Origin: Candidatus Latescibacterota bacterium
Lineage (GTDB): Bacteria; Latescibacterota; UBA2968; UBA8231
Direction of reading: 5' to 3'
Assembly: GCA_965200315.1 (NCBI GenBank)
Contig: OZ241362.1
Location: forward strand, 480,001-544,000
Length of the DNA stretch: 64,000 bases
The notes below the pieces were generated by a model, which worked only from the letters and a program-made list of their open reading frames with translations, made no database searches and was not told the DNA's origin. How positions within the stretch are numbered: position 1 is the first letter of the stretch; every line of letters starts with the position of its first letter. This document shows, one piece after another, positions 40,508 to 48,979 of this stretch. Made by a program: the position numbers and the translations under genes.

Positions 40508-42136
40508 TCAATCTTCCACCACATGTAACCGCTGGTTGACAGCCAAGTCTTTGAGCACTTGTATCCCCCCGGCCGGCCAGTGAATTTCCAGCCGCTCGAT
40601 GCGTTCGGCTGTTCCCAAGCCAAACACGGGGTCGCGCTGACTAGTCGAGAGGAAACCCGACCCGGCCTTGACCTCCCTGAACTGCCGTCGGCCATCGGCC
40701 CATAGATACAGGCGGGTGCCGATGCCGTCGCGATTGCTCTGCCGGCCTTCTAGCGCGACCGCGAGGTAGTTGCCTCGGGGACCGTCGTTGCGCAGCAGGG
40801 CGAAGCGGCGGCCGTTGTTGACGAGGGCAATGTCCAAGTCGCCATCTTGGTCAATGTCCCCAAAGGAGGAGCCGCGCACCACGTAGGCGGCTGCGAAAGC
40901 CGGACCGCTTTCAGCGGTCACCTCGCGGAAGACACCCGCGCCCCCATTGCGAAAGAGCTGGGCCTGTTGCGCGTAGGTCACCAACTCGTCGTACTGTTCG
41001 ATGTTGTCGTGGACGTGGCCGTTGCCCACGAACAGGTCGAGGTACCCATCGTTGTCGAAATCGAAAAACCCCGTGCCAAAGCCAAGGTAGTTCAGGCTGA
41101 GGTCGCCGAGGCCAGCCTTGAAGCTGATCTCGGAGTAAAACGAGCCATCGTTGCGATAGAGCCCGTTGTTTTCCAACTGGTAGTTGGTGACGAAGAGGTC
41201 GAGGTCGCCGTCTTGGTCTATGTCGCCAGCATCGACGCCCATGCCCGCTTGGCTAGCCCCGTCGGCGCTCAGCGCGGTCCCGGCCAGCAAGCCGGTCTCG
41301 GCAAAGGTGCCGTCGCCTTGGTTGACGTAGTGGAAATTGGGCGTCAAGTCGTTGGCCACGTATATGTCCGGGTCGCCGTCCCCATCGAAGTCGCCAGCCA
41401 CGGCGCCTAGCCCATTGCCCTCACCCGTGATACCCGCTTGGCGGCCGATCTCGGAAAAGACGCCGCGGCCCTCATTGCGGTAGAGAATGTCTGCGGTGGA
41501 AGCAAAGACTCGTGGATCGCAGTAGAAGCGCAGCCCCATGTCCTCGCGTCCACACCAAGGCTGCTCCCCCAAGACAAAGCGGACGTATTGCGCGGCAAAG
41601 AGGTCAAGGTCGCCGTCGAGATCGTAGTCGAACGCAACGGCGCTAGTCGTCCATCCCGTGTGGCCGAGACCGGCCTCGTCCGTTGCATCGACATAACCCC
41701 CCTCTTCGCGCCGGTAGAACTGGTCTGGCCCCCACGCCGTCAGATAGAGGTCTGGGTCGCCGTCGCCATCGTAGTCGGCCGCGGTCACCCCCATGCCATA
41801 GGAAGTGCCAAGCGCACCCGCTACGCCATCCACCCGTGCAAAGATGCGCCCGTCGTTGCGAAAGAGCTGATTAGAGGCTGTGCCCCGCCCCCGCTCCAAG
41901 TCCCCGCTGTTGACCAAGTACAAGTCCCAATCTCCGTCACCGTCGTCGTCGAGAAAGGCACTGCCAGCACCGTTGGTCTCGGGCAGTCGCTTTTGCGGCG
42001 AGGACCCATTGTCGTGGACGAAGTCAATGCCTAATTCGCGGGCGACCTCCGCGAAGTGGCTCTGCCCATAGCTAGCTGCCGACAGCAGGAGCACGAGCAG
42101 CAGGCTTCGACCTGAGCCCAGCCGAAGGGCACCCAC
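40508..42136 (-). CDS. CRTAC1/ASPIC-UnbV family protein with FG-GAP repeats
   Basis: Signal peptide, repeated D.DGDGD.DL.V.N motifs, C-terminal SNRDGIG...GSGFLS...FGLG...IHWP. Confidence 0.9.
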   Translation of the reverse strand: MGALRLGSGRSLLLVLLLSAASYGQSHFAEVARELGIDFVHDNGSSPQKRLPETNGAGSAFLDDDGDGDWDLYLVNSGDLERGRGTASNQLFRNDGRIFARVDGVAGALGTSYGMGVTAADYDGDGDPDLYLTAWGPDQFYRREEGGYVDATDEAGLGHTGWTTSAVAFDYDLDGDLDLFAAQYVRFVLGEQPWCGREDMGLRFYCDPRVFASTADILYRNEGRGVFSEIGRQAGITGEGNGLGAVAGDFDGDGDPDIYVANDLTPNFHYVNQGDGTFAETGLLAGTALSADGASQAGMGVDAGDIDQDGDLDLFVTNYQLENNGLYRNDGSFYSEISFKAGLGDLSLNYLGFGTGFFDFDNDGYLDLFVGNGHVHDNIEQYDELVTYAQQAQLFRNGGAGVFREVTAESGPAFAAAYVVRGSSFGDIDQDGDLDIALVNNGRRFALLRNDGPRGNYLAVALEGRQSNRDGIGTRLYLWADGRRQFREVKAGSGFLSTSQRDPVFGLGTAERIERLEIHWPAGGIQVLKDLAVNQRLHVVED

Positions 42137-42138
42137 TG

Positions 42139-42999
42139 CTATCCCCTGAGCAGCGGATCAATATGGTCCTTGGCGCGCAACAAACCTTCCTGTTGCAGTT
42201 CGGGCGTCTGCCAGAAGTAGTGATCTTCGAGTTCCACCGAGAGCACGCCGTCGTAACCCGCGTCTTCGAGTCGGCGTATTACGAAGTTCCAATCTACCTC
42301 GCCCTCGCCGGGGATGGTATAGCGCCACCAGCCCTCGCCGCACACGTAGGTCGAGCTGTATGCCTCGCCCAAGTTGCCGGATTCGTAGAGCTTTTCCGGC
42401 ATGATCTCGGTATCCTTGAGATGGACGTGCCGCACGCGGTCGCCAAACTCGTGCAAGAGCCGCTGATAGTCTATTTGCAGGCGCACGAAGTGGGAGGGAT
42501 CGTAGCAGATGCCCAGCCGTGGCGACGGGCACACTTCAAAAATCAAGCGCAGGCTCTCGGGCGAGCAACCCAGATTGGGGTAGTGGGGCCGGCCGCCCGG
42601 CCAAGGTTCAATGGCGATATTGACGCCCACCTTCTCGGCGTGGGCCACGACTCGGGGATAGACCTTGGAAAAAATCTCAAAGGTCTCGGCTTTGGACATG
42701 CTCGGGTCGTCTGGGCCGAGCACGGTAAAGAGCGTGTGGCCGCCGTGCCGGGCAATCGCGCTCAGGCTCTTCTTGAGCTCGCTCAAGCCCTTGCGGCGCT
42801 TGGCCGCGTCGCGGGTGAGGACTTGGCCGCCACCGTCCGAAGTGCCGATGGCCAAGCCTAATTGATCGCAGGTGCGGGCAATCTGGCGGGTCAAAGGCGG
42901 GGTATCGACCGCGCCAAAACCGCTGTCGGCCAACCACGCGGCATAGGCGTCAAAGCCGATCTGCTGGGAAAACGGGGGCATGCGGGTGCCGATTTTCAT
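42139..42999 (-). CDS. Sugar phosphate isomerase/epimerase (xylose isomerase-like TIM barrel)
   Basis: IAIE, YDPSH, HVHLKD, PGEGEVDW, LSVELED. Confidence 0.87.
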   Translation of the reverse strand: MKIGTRMPPFSQQIGFDAYAAWLADSGFGAVDTPPLTRQIARTCDQLGLAIGTSDGGGQVLTRDAAKRRKGLSELKKSLSAIARHGGHTLFTVLGPDDPSMSKAETFEIFSKVYPRVVAHAEKVGVNIAIEPWPGGRPHYPNLGCSPESLRLIFEVCPSPRLGICYDPSHFVRLQIDYQRLLHEFGDRVRHVHLKDTEIMPEKLYESGNLGEAYSSTYVCGEGWWRYTIPGEGEVDWNFVIRRLEDAGYDGVLSVELEDHYFWQTPELQQEGLLRAKDHIDPLLRG

Positions 43000-43026
43000 G
43001 GGGTATTCCCTTCTATATGGGTTGGA

Positions 43027-44181
43027 TTAAATGGGTATGCGGCCCTGCTTCTCTGGATCGACCCACTGGGTTACTACCAGCGAGACAAGGGCCAAGAGTG
43101 CGCCGCTGACAAAAATGACCTCGTAGCCAAACAAGAGCCAGGCGTATCCGCCGACTAAGGGGGCGGCCACGGCCGCGACGTGGTTCATGGTCACCCCCAT
43201 AGAGAGGGTGGGTTTGAGTTCGTCTGGGGGCGCGATTTTGTGCGCGTAGGTCGTTAGCGCGATTCCGCCGAAGAAGATGAGGTTGTCGAGGCAATAGAGC
43301 GCGTACAGGCTCAGCCGGTGCTCCACGAACGCGTAGCCCAAAAAGACGAAGACCAACACGCTATAACTTAGCGTGAGCATCCGCCGCTCACCAAAGCGAT
43401 CGACCAAACGGCCCATCCACGCAGCCGTCAAGGTGATGAGCACTTGGTTGATCAACACTAAGACCATGGTCGTCTCCACCGGCATCCCGTGAACTTTCAC
43501 GAGGGCGAAGATGGCGAAGGTGATGAACATCTGCTTGCGCAGGCCCTGAAGGAAATTCAGGGCATAGTAGAGCAGATAGCGCCGCTTGAATACCAAGCGC
43601 TTCTCGCCGGCCGGCCGGTCCTTGGTATCGGCCCAAAACAGGGCCAAACCGCCCGCGGCCGTACACGCACCGGCCAAGACAAAGCCCCCCTCATAGCGCA
43701 AAAACTCCAGTCCCACCATGCACACGCCAATCGCCGCTAGCCAAGCCAAGCTGCTGATACTGCGCAATTGTCCCAGCCAGCGGCCCTTATCCGCGGTTGG
43801 GCTGTAGTTCAAGCCCATGCTCTGCTCTAGCGGGAGCCAGCAGTGAAAACCCAAGCTCCACACCAGCGAGCACGAGGCCAGCATGAAAACCGAGGACACC
43901 TCGGCGTACGCGGCAAGCCCAATCCCCATCACCACCAGTGAAACTGCGGCAACTTTCGGCGGGGCCCAGCGGACGATCAGCACCAGAAAGAACGCGTTGA
44001 GAAAACCGGGGACTTCGCGCAGGGCTTCCACATAGCCCAACTCGTGCGGCTCAATGCCCAGCCGTTCGACGATGAAGTTGTTGAACAGGGTCAACTGCAC
44101 CCCGAAGAACACCCCCGTCCCGGCCACGGCCACGGCTAAGAGCGCGAAGTTTTTATTCCACTCTGCGAAAGGATTGGCGAT
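43027..44181 (-). CDS. MFS transporter (probable ATC start at 44181)
   Basis: About 12 TMs, GRLVDRFGERR motif; the frame extends 16 codons above GTG 44133 to an ATC behind AAGGGGG. Confidence 0.85.
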   Translation of the reverse strand: MANPFAEWNKNFALLAVAVAGTGVFFGVQLTLFNNFIVERLGIEPHELGYVEALREVPGFLNAFFLVLIVRWAPPKVAAVSLVVMGIGLAAYAEVSSVFMLASCSLVWSLGFHCWLPLEQSMGLNYSPTADKGRWLGQLRSISSLAWLAAIGVCMVGLEFLRYEGGFVLAGACTAAGGLALFWADTKDRPAGEKRLVFKRRYLLYYALNFLQGLRKQMFITFAIFALVKVHGMPVETTMVLVLINQVLITLTAAWMGRLVDRFGERRMLTLSYSVLVFVFLGYAFVEHRLSLYALYCLDNLIFFGGIALTTYAHKIAPPDELKPTLSMGVTMNHVAAVAAPLVGGYAWLLFGYEVIFVSGALLALVSLVVTQWVDPEKQGRIPI

Positions 44182-44314
44182 AGCAGCCCCCTTGTTGATG
44201 TAGTGAATTCAAGTGTGCTTTCCTCTCGCAGTCAACCGAGCGCCCGGCCACTTGACGCCCGGATGGACAGCCCTTAAGCTAGCGTTTCCAACCAACGCAA
44301 AGGAGATTGTTACG

Positions 44315-45058
44315 ATGGCCGACGAACGCGTCTTTGTTGGCGACCTGACCCGCAAGGAATTCCGCGAGCGCATCCAAGCGGGCACGATCAAGGCCGCCAT
44401 AGTACCCACCGCCGCAACCGAACAGCACAACGAACACCTGCACATGATCCACGACACCTTCCACGCCAGCTATATGGCCGAGCACGCAGCCAAAAAGCTC
44501 CTGCCCCAAGTAGTGGTAGCCACTCCAGTGGGCATCGGCGTTTCCGAGCACTGGATGAAGCACATCGGCACCCTGACTGTGCGGCCGGAAATTTTCTGCG
44601 AATACGTCTTCGACGTCTGCCATTCACTTGCGAGGGCTGGCGTTGAGAACATCTTGGTGCTCAACGGCCACGGCGGCAACGTCAAACCCATGATGCGCCG
44701 CATTGACGAATACCGGGAAAAACTCGGCGTCAACCTCCGCTTCCAGTCCTATTGGGACGTATATGACCCCGACTACGTGCAGCAATACATGGAGCAGGGG
44801 CGCCTGCCTGGGCACGCCGACGAATTCGAGACCTCGACTATGCTCTATCTAGCACCGGAGCGCGTACAGACCGAGGCCATTGACAACCCGGCCGCCGCCT
44901 TGGGTACGCGTACCAAGGGCGAAGCCCTAGTGGGGCCAGCCGTGGCCGGGGTCGCTGCGCTGTTGGAACAAATGATCGCCGGCGAGGAAATCGACCTGCC
45001 GCCGGTGACCTTCTATCCAGAAGGCAAGCGCAACCTCGTTACCGGCGAGCCGGTCTGA
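44315..45058 (+). CDS. Creatininase family protein
   Basis: ATEQHNEHL...D, GVSEHW, LNGHGGN, GHADEFETS. Confidence 0.9.
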   Translation: MADERVFVGDLTRKEFRERIQAGTIKAAIVPTAATEQHNEHLHMIHDTFHASYMAEHAAKKLLPQVVVATPVGIGVSEHWMKHIGTLTVRPEIFCEYVFDVCHSLARAGVENILVLNGHGGNVKPMMRRIDEYREKLGVNLRFQSYWDVYDPDYVQQYMEQGRLPGHADEFETSTMLYLAPERVQTEAIDNPAAALGTRTKGEALVGPAVAGVAALLEQMIAGEEIDLPPVTFYPEGKRNLVTGEPV

Positions 45059-46088
45059 GCACGACCCCCAGCGCTTCGGCTGGCGACTCGACGAGTACAT
45101 CTACGGCCGCGGCGATCTCTTCAAGCACAAACTCGTGGGTATAGAGCGGTTGGACGCGCAGCTTCCCGGCGGCCATGGCGCACAGACACTCGGCTAGGTT
45201 GCGCTGAGTCGGCCATTCGACGAAGACCTCGGGATATGCTTGGCCGCGCTCATAAGCTGGGTCGTGATAGCCAGGACCAGTGCGCGCCGCACTCCGCACA
45301 TCCACATTGCCCAGCGCGGCCCCAAACCCGTGCGCTACCTGCGCTCCTCCCACCAAGACAATGCGCCCCATGCGATGCGTATCCGGCGCTTGCTTTAGGC
45401 TCTGATAGATGGCGACAAACGCATCGCTGGCCTCGCCGCCAAAGGCAATGACGCCGAAATCCATACCATACCCTTGGGTAAATTCTCCGGCCTGCTCAAC
45501 CACATCCTGCCCGGCCGGATCGACGACGCCCTCTATGCCCACCTGCCGGGCAATGTCTCGACGGCGCGCAAAGCGATCGGCCCCCAAAACGTGACAGCCG
45601 CTTAGCTGGGCAAATTGAGCCGTAAACTGGCCGACCAAGCCCAACCCGACGACGATCCCATTCTCCCCGTACAAAGGGGCTGTGCGGCGCACCGCGTGTA
45701 ATCCGGTCGCCGCCAGATGTACAGACGCGGCCTCGGCAAAGCCAACGCCTGCGGGTATGGCCGCGCACAAATTCTGCGGCACGCAGGCCCAATCCGCGTG
45801 CAGGGCGTACCCACCCCCCATGCAGGCCACGCCCTGCCCCACTGCAAATTGCGCTACCCCAGCCCCGACCTCCTCAACGACGCCGGCGTTGCTATAGCCA
45901 AAAGGGCGCGGCGGCCTGTGGGGCTGGGGGTTTTCTCGCATCGCCCCCACCCGCCCCAACTCGCTCCCCGGGCTGATCACCGAAGCCTCCACTCGCACCT
46001 TTACCTCGCCGGGGCCGAGTGCGGGCATGGCTTCCTCTAGGTACACTCCCTGACCACGGCCATCAATAGCGGCGACTTTCCGCTGCAT
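45039..46088 (-). CDS. Zinc-binding (MDR) dehydrogenase
   Basis: SVISPGSE, GYSNAGVVEEVG, VVGLGLVG; AAGGAGG RBS. Confidence 0.87.
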   Translation of the reverse strand: MQRKVAAIDGRGQGVYLEEAMPALGPGEVKVRVEASVISPGSELGRVGAMRENPQPHRPPRPFGYSNAGVVEEVGAGVAQFAVGQGVACMGGGYALHADWACVPQNLCAAIPAGVGFAEAASVHLAATGLHAVRRTAPLYGENGIVVGLGLVGQFTAQFAQLSGCHVLGADRFARRRDIARQVGIEGVVDPAGQDVVEQAGEFTQGYGMDFGVIAFGGEASDAFVAIYQSLKQAPDTHRMGRIVLVGGAQVAHGFGAALGNVDVRSAARTGPGYHDPAYERGQAYPEVFVEWPTQRNLAECLCAMAAGKLRVQPLYTHEFVLEEIAAAVDVLVESPAEALGVVLRPARR

Positions 46089-46173
46089 AAGCACCTCCTT
46101 CTCGTGCTGCTATTACTTATATATTTACTTATATTTACTTATTCTTTGTATCTATCGCCCTATTCGAGGCCCT

Positions 46174-46944
46174 GTGAACGTCATCATCGCTGCAATTTTA
46201 GGCGGCATCTTCTTGGTTTGGGGCGGGTTTTTGGGCCTGCTCCGCATCGCGGATCCCTTCGAGCGCAAACATGTGTTGATCCTCGCCGCGTACACCACTA
46301 TGGTCGTCGGCTGTGTCATGGGCCTGGTGCTCTTTATCAATCACGATCAGCAAAAGAAACACCGCTCCCAGCTAGACGAGCAAATGGACGAGTTCTCCAC
46401 TCGCCTCTCCGATCTGAGCACCCGACTCATTGGCCAGCTAGAGGAAAAAGCCAATCTGACCACTTCTGAATTCGAGATTCGCTCCCGCCTACAAAACGAA
46501 GTGGATCACCACAAGCGCACCCTCAACCAATTAGCGACCCAAATCGAGCACAACAACGCCCTGCAAAACAAAATGGACGCCGAGCGCAAGGAGCGGCTGC
46601 GCTACCAAGCCGACACCGACCGCAAGCTCGAAGAACGCTTCGAGCAGGAGGACTTGCGCTACCAAAACCTCGCCAAGACCCACCAGCGCTCTTTAGCCAG
46701 CATACAGGCGCAGTTTGGCCCCCTCAACAGCACCTTGACCCGCCTGCAAGAGCAAACCGCAACCTTGCAGAGCAATCAGCAGGCGATTATAGACAGGATC
46801 GCCGCCGCCCGCGGGACTCAGAGGCTCTCGGCGCAAAAACTCGATGCGCTCGCCCGCAGCCTGAGCGCCCTGTCCAACGACTTTAACCAAACTATGGCGC
46901 AAATTGATAGCCTATATAATAGAACATCTATCCCAACACCTTAA
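46174..46944 (+). CDS. Two-TM membrane protein with long coiled coil
   Basis: Two N-terminal hydrophobic helices then heptad-rich Q/E/L region. Confidence 0.7.
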   Translation: MNVIIAAILGGIFLVWGGFLGLLRIADPFERKHVLILAAYTTMVVGCVMGLVLFINHDQQKKHRSQLDEQMDEFSTRLSDLSTRLIGQLEEKANLTTSEFEIRSRLQNEVDHHKRTLNQLATQIEHNNALQNKMDAERKERLRYQADTDRKLEERFEQEDLRYQNLAKTHQRSLASIQAQFGPLNSTLTRLQEQTATLQSNQQAIIDRIAAARGTQRLSAQKLDALARSLSALSNDFNQTMAQIDSLYNRTSIPTP

Positions 46945-46954
46945 GGAGCCGACA

Positions 46955-47770
46955 ATGAAACGCATCCTCATCCCTTTCCTCGCCCTATTCCTCGCCGCCT
47001 GCGCCGATAAGGAGCAGGAAATGCTCCTCCTCCAATTACAAAGCGACATGGTCCGCGCCAGCGCCGCCATTGACTCACTGACGTACTCGCTCGACGACTC
47101 CAACCGCTTGCTCGACGACATGCGGGCACAAGTGGACAGCACCCAACAGGTCAATGACAAGCTCCTCGAAAGCGTACAGAAGCTCAACAAGGAACTGCGG
47201 CACTGGAGCAACTTGGCCACCGAATACAAGCAGAGCAATGCGCGGTTAAAGAGCGAAATCGAGCAGCTAAGGCGGGAAAAGCAAGCGGATCGCTACACCA
47301 TTTCCCAACTGCGCACCGAGACCGACCGCCTCAATGGCGAGTTACTGGAAACCCATAGCAGCATCCGCCGCCAGAGCGATCACATCCGCCGCTTAGAGCA
47401 AGAGGTGGCCCAGACCAAGGCCGAACTGGACGAAGCTAAATCCCGGCAAAACGCAGTGTATCTCTACGCTGCCAACGAGACCCAACTCGTAGAGCAAGGC
47501 TACCTCAAAACTAACCGGCCCTTTGGCAGCGGGTTCCGCAAGCAATACGAGTTAATTAAAAAAATTGACCGCGACAACCCAAGTACCCAAGTCGCACCCA
47601 TTGGCCAAGCCATCGCGCTACGCGGCGAGGTCGAGGCCCTTGTCGATCACTACGGCAAGCTCAGGAAGGGGGATGACTACGAAATGACGCACGGCGAAGC
47701 CGGAGTACAGGTCTCGTTCCTCAACGAGCTAGCCGGTGGCACGGGCGTCTTGGCGATACTCAAGGAATAG
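46955..47770 (+). CDS. Coiled-coil lipoprotein
   Basis: Lipobox LAAC, ~160-aa heptad region, small C-terminal globular domain; AAGGAG RBS. Confidence 0.78.
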   Translation: MKRILIPFLALFLAACADKEQEMLLLQLQSDMVRASAAIDSLTYSLDDSNRLLDDMRAQVDSTQQVNDKLLESVQKLNKELRHWSNLATEYKQSNARLKSEIEQLRREKQADRYTISQLRTETDRLNGELLETHSSIRRQSDHIRRLEQEVAQTKAELDEAKSRQNAVYLYAANETQLVEQGYLKTNRPFGSGFRKQYELIKKIDRDNPSTQVAPIGQAIALRGEVEALVDHYGKLRKGDDYEMTHGEAGVQVSFLNELAGGTGVLAILKE

Positions 47771-47777
47771 CTTGGCC

Positions 47778-48197
47778 TCACCAAGTGTGGACATAGACTG
47801 CCGAGCGCACCTTTTCTCCGGCTTGGTCGGTCGAGAGCAGCGAGTCGGCAAACGACGCGTGTTTGGCCAGCCGCTCTCGGCTCCCCCCTTTGAGAAACAA
47901 ATGCAAACTAGCTTCGGGCTCGGCGACCAGCCGGCGCACCATCCGACGGAATTCCCACTCGCTCAAGGGGTTGTCGATGGTGTAGCCATCGCGCGATAGC
48001 CCCGTACCCGCGCTCGTGTACAGCACGACCCGATCCCCGGGCTGTGGGTCGTGGCGATGCACCCGCCAGACCGGTTGCGTTGCATTGAGGATCATAATGC
48101 CCAAGCTCAGCATCAGCATCATAATGCCCAAGAAGAGTTCCTTGCTGATATCGTGCTCTTCGAGCTCGGCGGATTGGCGTTTGAGATAGCGGCTCAC
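47778..48197 (-). CDS. Divergent ExbD/TolR-like single-TM protein
   Basis: Basic/acidic N-terminus, one TM, ExbD-like periplasmic pattern; GTGA overlap with the ExbB-like gene. Confidence 0.55.
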   Translation of the reverse strand: MSRYLKRQSAELEEHDISKELFLGIMMLMLSLGIMILNATQPVWRVHRHDPQPGDRVVLYTSAGTGLSRDGYTIDNPLSEWEFRRMVRRLVAEPEASLHLFLKGGSRERLAKHASFADSLLSTDQAGEKVRSAVYVHTW

Positions 48198-48979
48198 AAT
48201 CTTCTATTCCTCTCTCTGACCCAAGCGTCCTCCTGCCGGGCGAGCCGCTGGACCAAATTGTCGGCAACCTTGCGCAGGGGCAAGTAGGCCAAGAGGCCGA
48301 CGAGCGTGGTCTTAAAGGCCAAAACCAAGCCCTCGGCCATGGCACTAAGCGCCTTAAAGGTCTGGGTCGCCTCGTCAATCTGACTCAATTCCTGCGCGGT
48401 CAGCAGGATGCCGCAAACCGTGCCCAAGTAGCCGTATAGAGGTATCCTCGCCAGATCGCGGCGCACGTGCGTCAAAGGGTCGCCGAGAAAGCCTACAAGT
48501 TCGTCCACCAACGCCTCGTCTCGGCTCTTGAGGTCGCCGTAGCTGGCGGATTGGCGCTGCAGTTCTGCTAGCTGTTCCATTCTCTGGCGGCCCAAGGTGT
48601 TGGAGCCGGGACCGCCGCGCCGCGCCCAAGCTCGCTCCTCGCGCCGCAGATGCAAGCTAATATGTACCAAGCTCAACAGATGACCGCCAGCCGACCAAGT
48701 GATCAGCGCGTATGAGGAGCGGCCAATCCACGCAAAGGCACTGGCCGGCTGCGGGTTGATGAAGAGGTAATAAGCGGCCAGTGCCCCGACGATCAACCCG
48801 GCCAGCAAGCCTATACAGCTAGCCAAGTACTGCAGGCGGGGCAGGTTCAGAGAGTAGGCTGCGTCGTGCCGGCGCATGCGCCGCGCCCGGCGCAGGTGCA
48901 AACAGCTAACCGAGACGCCGCCGGCCAGCACCAACAGGATGCTGCTGACTAGTACCAATTCGTCGCTCAAGAGATCCAT
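48194..48979 (-). CDS. Divergent MotA/TolQ/ExbB-family proton-channel protein
   Basis: IPLYGYLGTVCGI...GLVLAFKTTLVGL matches the ExbB/TolQ TM hairpin; three N-terminal TMs. Confidence 0.72.
   Translation of the reverse strand: MDLLSDELVLVSSILLVLAGGVSVSCLHLRRARRMRRHDAAYSLNLPRLQYLASCIGLLAGLIVGALAAYYLFINPQPASAFAWIGRSSYALITWSAGGHLLSLVHISLHLRREERAWARRGGPGSNTLGRQRMEQLAELQRQSASYGDLKSRDEALVDELVGFLGDPLTHVRRDLARIPLYGYLGTVCGILLTAQELSQIDEATQTFKALSAMAEGLVLAFKTTLVGLLAYLPLRKVADNLVQRLARQEDAWVRERNRRL

Noticed and set aside
40508-42136. Recurring GTCGCCGTC-type sequence periodicity suggesting an array
   Set aside because: Explained by FG-GAP (DxDGDGD) protein repeats. No CRISPR-like repeat-spacer array was seen anywhere in the window.
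47778-48979. Zorya ZorAB call for the motor pair
   Set aside because: There is no long ZorA cytoplasmic tail, no OmpA-like domain in the partner and no zorC/D/E genes.
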